Program-made: the position numbers and the translations under genes
Notes under the pieces: model-generated
Database searches by the model: none
Told to the model about the DNA's origin: nothing
Seen by the model: the letters and a program-made list of their open reading frames with translations, nothing else
Shown: positions 54,901 through 64,000 of the stretch, piece after piece
How positions within the stretch are numbered: position 1 is the first letter of the stretch
How the letters are laid out: every line of letters begins with the position of its first letter
IMG/VR virus record: IMGVR_UViG_3300043410_001823
Location: 1 to 64,000 of that record
DNA: 64,000 bases
Origin: a virus
Direction: 5' to 3' (one strand)

Positions 54901-56378
54901 TAGAACTTTACATTCTTTTTAAACATACCCTTTAGTTGTGTTGACGTATAATTACTAATATCTGAAAAAACTGGCACTGGGCTATTAATATCTCCAAGAG
55001 GCATTCCACTAAAAGAAATATTTGCATCGTCAGTGACTAGAGAAGAAATCGGCATAACCGTATCTTTTCCATCTAAGGATTTATTGGTAGATGTTTCTAG
55101 TACAAAATCGCTTAGGTCAATTTCAAGTCTTGGTGATACCTCAATTAGCTGCATACTATCAGCATCTTGAGATACATATGGATTGTCTAAATCAAACTCT
55201 GGCAATACTGTTGCGCTGTTTTGAGTCACTGTAATTTTTTTAATATATACATAGCTAGTAATAGATCCATTAGTTCCAATTGTTGGCATTGATGCCTGTG
55301 GCCATCTAGAAGTTGTTAAAGAATTACCGTCTAAATATACGATTAAAACACCAGTTGAGTTAGGGGCTCCCTGAAATGATATGGTTGAATTATCTGATTT
55401 TGTAACCGTAACTGTGACAGACGGAGATGATAAAAATGTGTTGAACTTTAAAACAATCTTATTCATGATAATAGGAATGTTATAAATAGCAGAAACTGAG
55501 TTGTCTACATTTTGTCCAGATACGTAGTATTTATATGAAGAAATGTCTGTTAGTAATGCGCTTTTATATATTGGGGCATCTGATGAAAGCGCAAAGAAAT
55601 TTGGAGTAGATACAATCGGACTTACTGGCATCTTAAATGGTGAAGAATATCCTTGTAGTATGCTTGTGTTGTTTACTTTTCTATAATTGTCTGCAAATGG
55701 TGCTCCTCCAGTGCCTAGGGCATACCCTGCATTTCCTGTGCAAACGTAAGATTCCCCTGGTCTAAATGATGAAAAAACAACATCTGTTGGCCAAGTAGTT
55801 CCATATTGATAATCAAAATATGAGGTCTCATAGACCTGTGGAGTTGTAAAATATAGGTATGACTGGCTGCTTTGTGATGCATCTCCAATTGGAGAATATG
55901 TCATTCTGTATGTAAGTGAATCTATTGCAGACTGTGATCCAACATATGTCTCTATCTTGGTCCAGCTAAAGGAATTGATTTCTTCGCTACTGGATCCAAA
56001 CTGATTTTCTGTTCCATTTGCACTAATGTTTACCAAAACTGGCTTATCTAAGTCAGTTGTTACATATGTGACAATCTTAAAAGCTTTATACCCATTTGTA
56101 GGAAAGTCTGGAGTGCTATCTGGAACTAATGAAAATGAAGCAGTAGCAACAGAGTTATTGCTATTAATTTCTTTTTTTAGCGCAGACAGTCCTTGGTATG
56201 TTTTAGTAGACGAAGTTATTCCGCTACCAGCTGTGACTGCAACAGTATTCTTAGCATTACCAGCAACAGTGTATGATGGTGGATTAAAAATATTCTGATT
56301 CCACTCAGCAGAAACTACTGGTGTTAAGGTAATTGACTCAGATTCAGTGAATATGGATGAGCTAACATTTGTTAACAT
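51924..56378 (-). CDS. Large minor tail / tail tip protein
   Basis: Second gene after the tape measure; GNPLIEVGDVV C-terminal motif. Confidence 0.75.
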   Translation of the reverse strand: MLTNVSSSIFTESESITLTPVVSAEWNQNIFNPPSYTVAGNAKNTVAVTAGSGITSSTKTYQGLSALKKEINSNNSVATASFSLVPDSTPDFPTNGYKAFKIVTYVTTDLDKPVLVNISANGTENQFGSSSEEINSFSWTKIETYVGSQSAIDSLTYRMTYSPIGDASQSSQSYLYFTTPQVYETSYFDYQYGTTWPTDVVFSSFRPGESYVCTGNAGYALGTGGAPFADNYRKVNNTSILQGYSSPFKMPVSPIVSTPNFFALSSDAPIYKSALLTDISSYKYYVSGQNVDNSVSAIYNIPIIMNKIVLKFNTFLSSPSVTVTVTKSDNSTISFQGAPNSTGVLIVYLDGNSLTTSRWPQASMPTIGTNGSITSYVYIKKITVTQNSATVLPEFDLDNPYVSQDADSMQLIEVSPRLEIDLSDFVLETSTNKSLDGKDTVMPISSLVTDDANISFSGMPLGDINSPVPVFSDISNYTSTQLKGMFKKNVKFYINYNLKSYANWSSGGETVSNTIIPGGVYYSDSWQQDDIDRVSVQCYDITRYLQNVPASDYVSHFKTAFETITNILDLSGFTDYDVDSLYAACMDSHTPLSISYYYCNSKDTTLAEALNQIFLPYQIAAYIDNFGVMKFMSLSNILGKASATQDFSLDDSDILNGGYSVSTKAKPGKISLRYTTPRIKQSLSLQNVIDPQIKNGPSYIYTTSNDVVWEQQSIDSLGLNYLVEDMSETDHQFTLHKSDLLDIFHTFNLSTNGYAAIENEIVSFVYKKYKISKTSDSATYSEISVKNDIELGAAINQFIKEKRIGLVENVGIISGVSQSESGGQNFATYSFSSTPTADVKNPLTTVKVGDLVSIRGMKPEALNGSYVVQNVTSNSFTVISPTSDTMQSGWTSGRFEKATSYDITIEPLGTITNIQRGMFGTSAAKHEVISGDFSTGVNTKKDLYAKDHNGTTLSTSNNASVVTTQNSDPYYYIQVEPGATGRTLIYSGSASDSVYNSYSGKFFMPIESNRPVELCSGGIFFNMYESNLADTYFLELVRYNPPQTAAADYMYALIFSKQDAYSGDLSPIAYANVSGVVNSIMSNFEKIWVKNPSPTKKDGSDAYILYVDPHEAFNLRIAMEEFDYHESGEGSADNPTGHTFTAFLNNFEISGWQVYENDAWKSTDVNTVNGLRKKVALLEYAKGTDTKFGVFLSNAPTVLPSSYIDGEWKEPLHYPETSSNGLIGYVREIYASEKILKNRSVNYYFQDPEFLNGLVQGHNLASNYDEFIMQTQPCVTGINVYDVQYTNGSAVSVDVLPVEYAWYYFPGNTLLDQKYLQRQVVDEYSVAYSTPVNTGFRGKFAVANNSSHMVYLKKDSDDINQFAVNFNLWTHEIIVPSDPEIIEVVTNPGNMQEVVQLDSEFIQSKQDANKLLKLVSTSLENFSKDVSLNIFGNPLIEVGDVVKLTYPVAGVNQQKYVVHSVNNSFNNGLQTQISLKMLDAGISV

Positions 56379-56851
56379 TAGATCTCCGTAAATTCAATAT
56401 TCATTGAAACATAGTCACAATCTGTTGTTCTATGCATAATAGTATTATTAAAATCAGTGATGAATACACGGTATGTTTGATATGTACTTTGTGCTGTTGC
56501 AAATGTTGAGTCTGATGGAGCTACTCCTGCAGCTGGTGTAGTTACAGATGAACTTGTTACCTTTACATATACTGGAATTCCAGCATTGGCTTCGTAGAAG
56601 GCCTCTAGCCATGCCCCGCCTTTGTTAGCATCTACAGTTAATTCACTCTTTGTTGGAACATAAGACCAATTAGTGGAAATTTTATTTTTCTTTGCAATAA
56701 CAAATCTACGCATTTTGCCATTAGCCATTCTTTGTTCATTCTGAATAAGCTCTGGAGTTACGTTAATTTCTTTTCTATTATGGTCTGTCAGCTTGTGCCA
56801 AGTTACCCCATCAAAGGATACAGCTAGACCAGTATTAATTGCATATGCCAT
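56378..56851 (-). CDS. Distal tail-like protein
   Basis: Directly after the tape measure; RMANGKMR motif. Confidence 0.6.
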   Translation of the reverse strand: MAYAINTGLAVSFDGVTWHKLTDHNRKEINVTPELIQNEQRMANGKMRRFVIAKKNKISTNWSYVPTKSELTVDANKGGAWLEAFYEANAGIPVYVKVTSSSVTTPAAGVAPSDSTFATAQSTYQTYRVFITDFNNTIMHRTTDCDYVSMNIEFTEI

Positions 56852-59800
56852 TACATCACCATATTACTTCTGTTGGCTCTTGACGATAAAACATTTAGCT
56901 TCTTGATGACTTGATCAGCTATCTCATTTGCGCTTGAAGTTCCACCATTAATTGTCATTGTTACATTATACACTGAGCTATTGTTTGTTGCGCCATCATT
57001 TACACCAACTTTGCCATCATTTATAGCATTCATAAATGATGTTCCATATGTTCTAACAGCTGCTTGACGCATTACATACTCACCATTTGATAGATTAATC
57101 ATGCCACCTGCAGCGTATCCAACCCTAGCCTTTACAGAGTCCGACATAGCGGTTCCAGGGCCTCTTACAAGCCCTCCGAAAGCTAATCCAGACTTAGCCT
57201 TAGCCAATGCCTTTTCAGCTGCTGTAACCTTCTCTCCAGCCTGTAATGCAGAGATTCTGTTCTCAAGTCGTGTAATAGTTTTATCTAATGCAAGATTAGC
57301 TGTTTCCTTATTAAAGTCTGCAGTTGTTTTATACTGCTGTTGTTGAAGCATGGCTGCTTGAATATAGTTACCCTGTGCCTTTGCTTGCAATGCACTTTGT
57401 TGAAGATCTGCAAGTTTTTGCTGATATTCATATTGACGATTAAGTTCATCATTAGTTTCTTTTATAAGGTCTCTTTTTGTCTTTAAAGCATCTAGTTCTT
57501 TTTGTAGTCTAGCAATTGTAAGTTTTGCTTCTTTAGATAGCGTATCAGTTCCTGTGCCAGTCCCAGTTCCAGTTCCAGTGCCTGTTTCTTGTTTGGTCAT
57601 TTCTGCTATTTGCTTTTGAAGTGCTAAACCTCTTTTTACCGCTGCAGATAATTGCATCTGGGCTCTTCCAACAACTTTTGGATCATATTTATCTCTATTT
57701 GCTAATACTTTAAGAATCTGACTATCAACATCGAGGCCACCGTAAGACAAGGCTAAGAATGCATTCAGCTGGTCGTGAGCTCCCTTGATTCCAGCAGTTG
57801 CTTTTACTGCTGCAGGACCTAGCTTTTCAAACATACTACTAATAAATTGTAGCTGAGTTGCTTGAGGCATTGATTGAATTTGCCCATTCAATACAGCTAT
57901 TTGCTTATTAAATGATGTGGCATTAATCGTTCCCTGCTGGAATTGTCCAATAAGACCTTGATATATTCCAAACATAGAGGATGCTGCAGCATTCATTAGT
58001 GATTTTTGAGATTTTGAAAATTCAGTAATAACCTTAACTATTGGTGCTGATCTTGGACCTGTATATTCAACTAAGGTCTTTTGAACACCCTTACCAAATG
58101 TTTCTGAAAACTTTTGAGAAATATTAGTTGCTTGTGATTGAATATTTTTATCATTAATTACACCAACACTCTTAAAATCAAGCTTAAGGGCTGTCTTGCC
58201 AGATTCTACTTGGAGTGCTTGAATAATTGTTTGAATTTGATCTTGAGCAAAACCTCTTGCACCCAATTGTAACCCTAGTGACTGTAAAACCATTTTAGCA
58301 TTAGAACCACTTGTTTTCTTTAATGAAGCAATGTCATTTTTAAAATTCTTTTTAAAGTTTGGGTCTTCTCTTAGCTGGTCTACCTTTGTTTTTTGCTGGG
58401 CAGACATAGCCATCTGATTACCGCCAAGACTTTCATATGGTAGTTTTGTAGTAACAACACCAAAGAAATCTCCTAGTGTCTTTAATTTATCACCAGACAT
58501 GGTGGCAGCATCAGCTAATCCTTGAATTGCCACTCTTTCTTTTTCTCTCCACCAATTAACTACTTTAATTATTCCATATGTAGCTAGTAAACCACCCGAA
58601 ACCAACTTCAATGGTCCAGGCAACATCTTTAATGCTTGTAACAAGAATCCAACTGTTGAGGCTTGTCCAGCAATTTCTCCAGCTTTACCTGGAAGCATTG
58701 ATCCCATCATGAGCGCTGAAGATAGTCCAAATCCAACCTTTGGATTACTTAACTTACTCATTGCAGTTCCAGCAACACCTCTCATGCGGGACAACATTGA
58801 TGCCTTTGGAGCTACTCCTCCAGCGACAATACCTCTCTTAGCAAGTTTTCTTTCATGACGAGCAATAGATTTTTGAACAGCAATATCTGCAGAATCAGCT
58901 GTTCCATTAACCATTGTTCTAGATGCTGTTTTTGCTTGTGCTGTTTTTTCTTCAATTCCATTGACATAGCCTTGACCAAAATCATTACCAAGTTCACGAC
59001 CAACTTCTGATGGAGATGCAGACTTTTGTGCTTGCTTAACTCCTCGTTCAACAATAACAACTAAACCTTTTGCCTGTCTTGTTAATGCATCACGTAATTG
59101 TTTTGTTGGTGTTGAAATTTTTGTTAAGTCAAGCATTTGTCTATCTGCAACGTGAGCTTTAACTAATCCCTCTGTGCTTGATAGTCCTAATGCTTTAGAT
59201 ACCTTGTCATATACAGAACTCTTATTTCTATATGAAGATACTCCTGCTGTTGTTTGTGCACGGCCTATTGATTCTAAAAGACCACTAGATCTTCTTCTCT
59301 TCATTGAAGTATCTTCAAATGTAGTGATCTCGGTAAAAAACTTTTCTACAGCATTTGAATAAACGCTTCCATAGTTTTGTGCCTGCTGCCTTGCAACCTT
59401 CTGATAAATCTGTGTTAATTGTTGATCCGCAACTTTATTATTTCCAAGAGTTAAAAGTTCTTGAGCAATGCCCTGTGAAATAGAAGAACCAAACTTAGCA
59501 AGATTAGGATCTTTTCCGAGCATCTTAACAATATCTGGAGAACGCTTTGCACCAAGGGCTTCTGCAATTGCAGTAATAATTGGAGACTGAATTCCTGCGC
59601 CGCCCTGTGCAAATTCTGCAGCTAGGTCAGATGCTGCAATTCCTGATCCGCCCTTACGTGTATTAAGAGCATAGTTAGTTGATTTCTTTAATAGTGTAAC
59701 GGCGTTGGTGTATGCAGGGAATAATCCATTTTGAAAACCTGGAATATTTCCAGCTACAAGTCCTGCAGTTAGGTGTGGATATTTTTGTACATTTTTTGCT

Positions 59801-61884
59801 GGAATAACTGCTTCACCATTTGAAAGCATTGCTGGTACGCTATCTGAAGTTCCATTTCCTGGACCAACTACCATTCCACCAGTTGCCATCTTCTTGCCTC
59901 TAAATCTTGGAACCATCATTCCAGGATTGTTCTGTGCAAATGCAGCGCTTGCTCTAGTAGCTGCTTGGTATGCTGAAATTAATTGGTTTAAAGCATTTTT
60001 TTCAACATTAAATGTTTGTGTTAGTGTAGCGTGAGACTGATTAAGCGAGTGAGCAGCTGCAGCTGCATCTAACTGTTCGCTATTCAAATATCGTGTTTGC
60101 TCTCCAAGAACTTGTGATTGTCCTGTAAGTCTTAAATACCCATTTCTCAATGTTAAGAATAGTTTAATAATATTAGCAATACCGTTAGCTAAAAGACCAA
60201 ATGCCATAAGAACAATAGGTCCAATTCCTGCAACTCCGACAGTCATAATTGTTATAAACTTTTTAACACCATCAGAGAGACCATTAAATCTATCTAAAAT
60301 ACCAGAAACAAAATCAATAATTGGTGTTACGGCTTTTAAGAATGTTTCTCCGACTGGAACCAATGTCATCTTAAGATCTTCAATAGACTTCTTAAACTTA
60401 TTCATTGCAGAGTCTGCAGTTACACCTAATTCTTGTGATGATAGATTTGCAAGTTCTTCAGTTGATGCACTAGCTAAATCAAGTACTCTTGCTGCCTGTG
60501 TACCAGTTTTTGTAACATTTTGAAATAATGCTGATAGACGAGCAAACTGGAACTTACCAAACATCTGCTCAATTGCACGTGCTCTTGCAAGTGGATCAAG
60601 TGTGTCTAGAGCTTTTGCAAATTCAACAACGGTAGATCTTAGATCACCCTTGTTCTTTGAAACAATTTGTTGAATATTAATACCCATGCTTTGAAGCATT
60701 GCTGTTGCTTTTGTGCTTGGATTAATCAAAGATGCAAGACCAGACTTAAGTGCGTTAGCACCTTCTGATGCGTTAACTCCTCCTTCTTTCATTGCTGTTA
60801 AGAAGAATGCTAAGTCTTTTACGTTACCGCCAAGTTGTTTGATAACTGGAGCAACCTTAGGAATAGCAGTAGTGATATCATCAAGGGATGTTACAGTTTG
60901 GTTTTCTACTGCGTTTAAAAAGTCAATACTATTTGCAAGGTCTGCTGAAGATGTTCCAAATGCATTTTGTAAAGAAATAGTTGTTTGTAGAGCTTGCTGT
61001 GCATCAATTTGTCCAAGGACAGAAAGCCTTGTTGCTTCAGTTGTTTGTCGCTGTAGATCAAGTCCTTGGAAACCTGCTGCTGCTGCATCTGCTGCAAGAC
61101 CTACGGTTTGTGAAACAGCAATACCATATCTAGTAAACTGCTTTCCTAATTCTTGAATATTTGCAAGAGCTTGCTGTGTTTCGGCTTGTGGAGTAAATAA
61201 GTCTCCATAGACCTTTTTAAATTTAAGTGCTTGTGTTTCCATGTCCATAAATGTCTTTGTTGCCATCGAACCAACTGACATTAATGGAAGCGTAAAACCA
61301 ACCATGAGCTGACGACCAGCCCACTGTGTATTCTTACCAAAGTTCAAAAGATTTGTTGAACCTTGCTTCATTAATTGATTAAATATTGCTTGCTTTTGTG
61401 CAGCTATTTGTGCTTTTGTAGAATAGCTAGAAAGATCTAATTTATCAGGGATAACAGCTATAGCCTTCATAGCTCCAGAAGTATCTCTTCCAAGCTTTAT
61501 ATACTGTGTCTGTAGTTTCTTTACACGATCTTCTGCTACCTTGCCGATTGTGTCAAACTCCGATTGGAATAGCTTGCCGAATGTTTTTGTAGAAGCTCCA
61601 GCATATCTGAAGTACTCACGCATTGAAAACTTATTCTTTTCAAGCGATGTTGTAAATGATTCGGCTGTTGTTTTTACGGTACGTAGTTCTGCAGAAAAAG
61701 CACCAATAGAATTGATATTGTTAAGAAGATTTTTCTGTAAAGACTTTTGTGCAAGCGCTGCAGCCTCAGATGATTTTGCTATAGAAGAATGGAATCTAGA
61801 GATCTGAGATTGTAGATTTTTAAGTTGGCTGAGGGCGTCTGACGTATTAATGTTAACGTCAATATTAGCATTTACATCAGACAC
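56851..61884 (-). CDS. Tape measure protein
   Basis: 1677 aa, helical; TP901-type region (LNAVENQT...); GG.V.GPG...SDS motif twice and LSNGE twice. Confidence 0.92.
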   Translation of the reverse strand: MSDVNANIDVNINTSDALSQLKNLQSQISRFHSSIAKSSEAAALAQKSLQKNLLNNINSIGAFSAELRTVKTTAESFTTSLEKNKFSMREYFRYAGASTKTFGKLFQSEFDTIGKVAEDRVKKLQTQYIKLGRDTSGAMKAIAVIPDKLDLSSYSTKAQIAAQKQAIFNQLMKQGSTNLLNFGKNTQWAGRQLMVGFTLPLMSVGSMATKTFMDMETQALKFKKVYGDLFTPQAETQQALANIQELGKQFTRYGIAVSQTVGLAADAAAAGFQGLDLQRQTTEATRLSVLGQIDAQQALQTTISLQNAFGTSSADLANSIDFLNAVENQTVTSLDDITTAIPKVAPVIKQLGGNVKDLAFFLTAMKEGGVNASEGANALKSGLASLINPSTKATAMLQSMGINIQQIVSKNKGDLRSTVVEFAKALDTLDPLARARAIEQMFGKFQFARLSALFQNVTKTGTQAARVLDLASASTEELANLSSQELGVTADSAMNKFKKSIEDLKMTLVPVGETFLKAVTPIIDFVSGILDRFNGLSDGVKKFITIMTVGVAGIGPIVLMAFGLLANGIANIIKLFLTLRNGYLRLTGQSQVLGEQTRYLNSEQLDAAAAAHSLNQSHATLTQTFNVEKNALNQLISAYQAATRASAAFAQNNPGMMVPRFRGKKMATGGMVVGPGNGTSDSVPAMLSNGEAVIPAKNVQKYPHLTAGLVAGNIPGFQNGLFPAYTNAVTLLKKSTNYALNTRKGGSGIAASDLAAEFAQGGAGIQSPIITAIAEALGAKRSPDIVKMLGKDPNLAKFGSSISQGIAQELLTLGNNKVADQQLTQIYQKVARQQAQNYGSVYSNAVEKFFTEITTFEDTSMKRRRSSGLLESIGRAQTTAGVSSYRNKSSVYDKVSKALGLSSTEGLVKAHVADRQMLDLTKISTPTKQLRDALTRQAKGLVVIVERGVKQAQKSASPSEVGRELGNDFGQGYVNGIEEKTAQAKTASRTMVNGTADSADIAVQKSIARHERKLAKRGIVAGGVAPKASMLSRMRGVAGTAMSKLSNPKVGFGLSSALMMGSMLPGKAGEIAGQASTVGFLLQALKMLPGPLKLVSGGLLATYGIIKVVNWWREKERVAIQGLADAATMSGDKLKTLGDFFGVVTTKLPYESLGGNQMAMSAQQKTKVDQLREDPNFKKNFKNDIASLKKTSGSNAKMVLQSLGLQLGARGFAQDQIQTIIQALQVESGKTALKLDFKSVGVINDKNIQSQATNISQKFSETFGKGVQKTLVEYTGPRSAPIVKVITEFSKSQKSLMNAAASSMFGIYQGLIGQFQQGTINATSFNKQIAVLNGQIQSMPQATQLQFISSMFEKLGPAAVKATAGIKGAHDQLNAFLALSYGGLDVDSQILKVLANRDKYDPKVVGRAQMQLSAAVKRGLALQKQIAEMTKQETGTGTGTGTGTGTDTLSKEAKLTIARLQKELDALKTKRDLIKETNDELNRQYEYQQKLADLQQSALQAKAQGNYIQAAMLQQQQYKTTADFNKETANLALDKTITRLENRISALQAGEKVTAAEKALAKAKSGLAFGGLVRGPGTAMSDSVKARVGYAAGGMINLSNGEYVMRQAAVRTYGTSFMNAINDGKVGVNDGATNNSSVYNVTMTINGGTSSANEIADQVIKKLNVLSSRANRSNMVM

Positions 61885-61907
61885 TCACTCACCTCTTTTA
61901 AGTTTTA

Positions 61908-62228
61908 TTATGCATTGAGTTCAAAATTTGGTAGGCCAGCGAAACTTGTTCCTGCTGCAACCTCAACAATTTTATAAACTGTTGGAAGATCTACAATTTC
62001 TTCTAGGGCTGCTTTGTCACCAGAAAAATCTGGCTTGTATTGCTTAAGAGCAATCAAAACACAATCCATAAGAACGTCAATTGACTTATCGTTATCTTCT
62101 GCCACCTTTTCAACCTCACCAAACTTCTTCAAAAATTCACGAAGAAGAGAGATTTTTAAAGGACGAAGACTAAGCTCTGAGTTGTCCATAAGCTTAATTG
62201 TTTCTTCCTTGTACTCGGTTGTTGCCAT
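61908..62228 (-). CDS. Tail assembly chaperone (short, G-like)
   Basis: Position before the tape measure; paralog of the N-terminal half of 62272..62967. Confidence 0.7.
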   Translation of the reverse strand: MATTEYKEETIKLMDNSELSLRPLKISLLREFLKKFGEVEKVAEDNDKSIDVLMDCVLIALKQYKPDFSGDKAALEEIVDLPTVYKIVEVAAGTSFAGLPNFELNA

Positions 62229-62271
62229 CTATACCCTCCTAGATATTAAGTTAATTATATCATAATCGAAT

Positions 62272-62967
62272 CTAATTTCTTAGATCTTCATAATCTAATC
62301 CCATGCCGATACCAAATCCAGCATTTACTGCATTTTGTCCTTGTAATGAAACAACATCGTTTGAATCTGATGTTTGTCCCTTACTAAACACCCTAGCCTT
62401 TAGGTCTTCCCATTCCTTTTGGCCCTTTTCTTCTTCAGCACCTTCATCAAGATCTACACCTTGAATTGCTGCTAAAAACTTATTTTGTGCATACTCTGTT
62501 TCTCTTTTAGCTTCAAGAGTAGATATTAACTCTGGTAAAGAAAGAGATGTTTCTAGGTCTTCGTAGTCTTTCCAGATGCCCAACAAAAATAGTTCTGCCT
62601 CTAACTTGGCTAAATCTAGAGTTTCCCATGTAGCCCCGCCTTCTTCTGCCTGCTCCTTAACAGAATCATCTGATTTAGGATTAATAATGATATTTGCAGA
62701 TAGTTCTAAGATCTCGTTAATCATTGGCATATTCATAATATTTTCAACATCCTCTTGCGTAAACTTTTTACCTGGAAAATATTGACGCATTGAGATAGCA
62801 ACACATTCTGACAAAATTGACATAGACTCTACATCATCACGGGATTCATGAATCTGCTTAAAAACTTCCATAAAATCTCTTAAATATTTTATTTTTAATG
62901 GAGTTATATAAGCCTCTGATCCATCCAGAAATGTGATAGTTTTGCTTTTATAGACTGATGTAGGCAT
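62272..62967 (-). CDS. Tail assembly chaperone (long, GT-like)
   Basis: Between major tail and tape measure; G-like N-terminal half plus W..Y..LE.SL..PEL T-like half. Confidence 0.7.
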   Translation of the reverse strand: MPTSVYKSKTITFLDGSEAYITPLKIKYLRDFMEVFKQIHESRDDVESMSILSECVAISMRQYFPGKKFTQEDVENIMNMPMINEILELSANIIINPKSDDSVKEQAEEGGATWETLDLAKLEAELFLLGIWKDYEDLETSLSLPELISTLEAKRETEYAQNKFLAAIQGVDLDEGAEEEKGQKEWEDLKARVFSKGQTSDSNDVVSLQGQNAVNAGFGIGMGLDYEDLRN

Positions 62968-62985
62968 AGATATCAATTTTATCAT

Positions 62986-63023
62986 AAAACAACAAAGCCC
63001 ACTACCAAAAAGGTAATGGGCTC
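62986..63023 (-). terminator. Intrinsic terminator after the major tail gene
   Basis: AGCCCATTACC/GGTAGTGGGCT stem followed by TTGTTGTTTT on the - strand. Confidence 0.65.
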
Positions 63024-63038
63024 GTCGTCTATATTAAA

Positions 63039-63674
63039 TTATGAAGCTGGTGTAAAAGTACGATCTACGATCTTACCATATGAACCAGATGTGTCTTCTG
63101 GGAGAAGACGGAATGAAACTTCGAACATTGAAGCTTCGTCACGCTTTGCAGAAACTGTAACATTTTCGATTGAAAGTGCACGGTATGCTGTGTAAACACG
63201 CTCTACTGAGTCTGAATTTACGCAGTCACCTGTTCCTGGTCCGACTGCAACGAGGCCACGTTCAACTGGACATTCACCAATCTTACCTGCAGACATGTTT
63301 AGAACACGTCCAGCGGAAGTTGACTTTGATCCAGTAAGCTCTGTATCCTTGTATGCTAAAGCCAATAGAAGATTTTCTAGTGTAGCTTCAGCGAAAGCAG
63401 TTGCAAGATTTACCTTCATGCCCTGCTTATAAAGTTTAGCAACGTCAAGAACCTGATCAACCTGTACTTCACCGAAGTCTGGTTGGAACTGGAGCTCAAG
63501 ACCGTTACGAGTGTATCCAACGTTCTCGTATGTTGATGCTGCTGAAAGTGTATCCTTGAACGATTCTGATGAAACAAAAGACTGAGTTGTTGACGGAGTC
63601 AGTGTTGTATCAGCAACGAAAAGGGCAGCTGCACCAACGATAATGTTGGTTGACGTACCACGGCTGTATGCCAT
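63039..63674 (-). CDS. Major tail protein
   Basis: NIIVGAA.LFV, VGYT..G, EATLENL; GAGG RBS; position upstream of chaperones and tape measure. Confidence 0.85.
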   Translation of the reverse strand: MAYSRGTSTNIIVGAAALFVADTTLTPSTTQSFVSSESFKDTLSAASTYENVGYTRNGLELQFQPDFGEVQVDQVLDVAKLYKQGMKVNLATAFAEATLENLLLALAYKDTELTGSKSTSAGRVLNMSAGKIGECPVERGLVAVGPGTGDCVNSDSVERVYTAYRALSIENVTVSAKRDEASMFEVSFRLLPEDTSGSYGKIVDRTFTPAS

Positions 63675-63748
63675 ATTTTTTCACCTCTACTTTCAGAATG
63701 AGATTTTAGTATTGGCGTGTTTCCTCAAAATACAGTATATCAGCCTTT

Positions 63749-64000
63749 TTAATTATATTTGTAGTTGGCTGGGGTTACTATATGATAGTCGTACTCAACA
63801 ATAATCTTATTAACAAACAGGGTTCTGGCTGAGGCTAGCTCTGCTACGTCCCTGCTTTCATCTGCCTGATAAACCTTCACATTATGGAAAAATGTATTAA
63901 ACCCTGTCATATTCTTGGAGCACCATGAGTTGATATCTTGGGCTGCTGCATCTTCTCGATCTAGAACATCTGTGATGACCCTAACTGTATTAATAAGCTT
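63749..64000 (-). CDS. Partial head-tail / tail terminator-like protein (5' end outside window)
   Basis: Open frame ...LDREDAAAQDIN...IIVEYDYH...; upstream of the major tail gene. Confidence 0.55.
   Translation of the reverse strand, partial: KLINTVRVITDVLDREDAAAQDINSWCSKNMTGFNTFFHNVKVYQADESRDVAELASARTLFVNKIIVEYDYHIVTPANYKYN

Noticed and set aside
45379-56378. Diversity-generating retroelement or invertase acting on the fibre genes
   Set aside because: No reverse transcriptase, site-specific recombinase or template/variable repeat pair is visible in the window.
57547-57585. Short tandem repeat in the tape measure gene, and the GTA/GTT runs near 45650
   Set aside because: They encode Gly-Thr and poly-Thr linkers with synonymous variation, so they are not DNA-level repeat elements.

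Overview
This is a 64 kb piece of a large, low-GC, long-tailed dsDNA phage. WhiB, AhpC/AhpD, DnaE, RecA and the tail gene set point to an actinobacterial host, probably a low-GC freshwater actinobacterium (inference). Left part (1-13.4 kb, mostly + strand): a dense tRNA array with candidate structured ncRNAs, 2OG-Fe(II) oxygenases, a redox module (AhpC, AhpD, Dps) and glycan-modifying enzymes. Right part (13.4-64 kb, mostly - strand, read right to left): tail genes (major tail, two tail chaperones, tape measure, minor tail and fibre proteins), replication and recombination genes (DnaB, primase, SSB, DnaE, MazG, RecA, Cas4-like nuclease, RuvC), terminase, secreted proteins, endolysin, WhiB and sulfur genes. 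I find 20 tRNA genes in total. The most striking element is missing from the ORF track. At 713-885 a consensus promoter drives a 20-codon leader peptide (MIQHSLSYQSQLRLFFVPKI) followed by mutually exclusive antiterminator and terminator hairpins, directly upstream of 13 tRNA genes. The leader codons match the decoding set of those tRNAs almost one to one. This looks like a ribosome-stalling attenuator that senses loss of any of these tRNAs and switches on the phage replacement array. All product calls come from motif recognition by eye, not from database searches.
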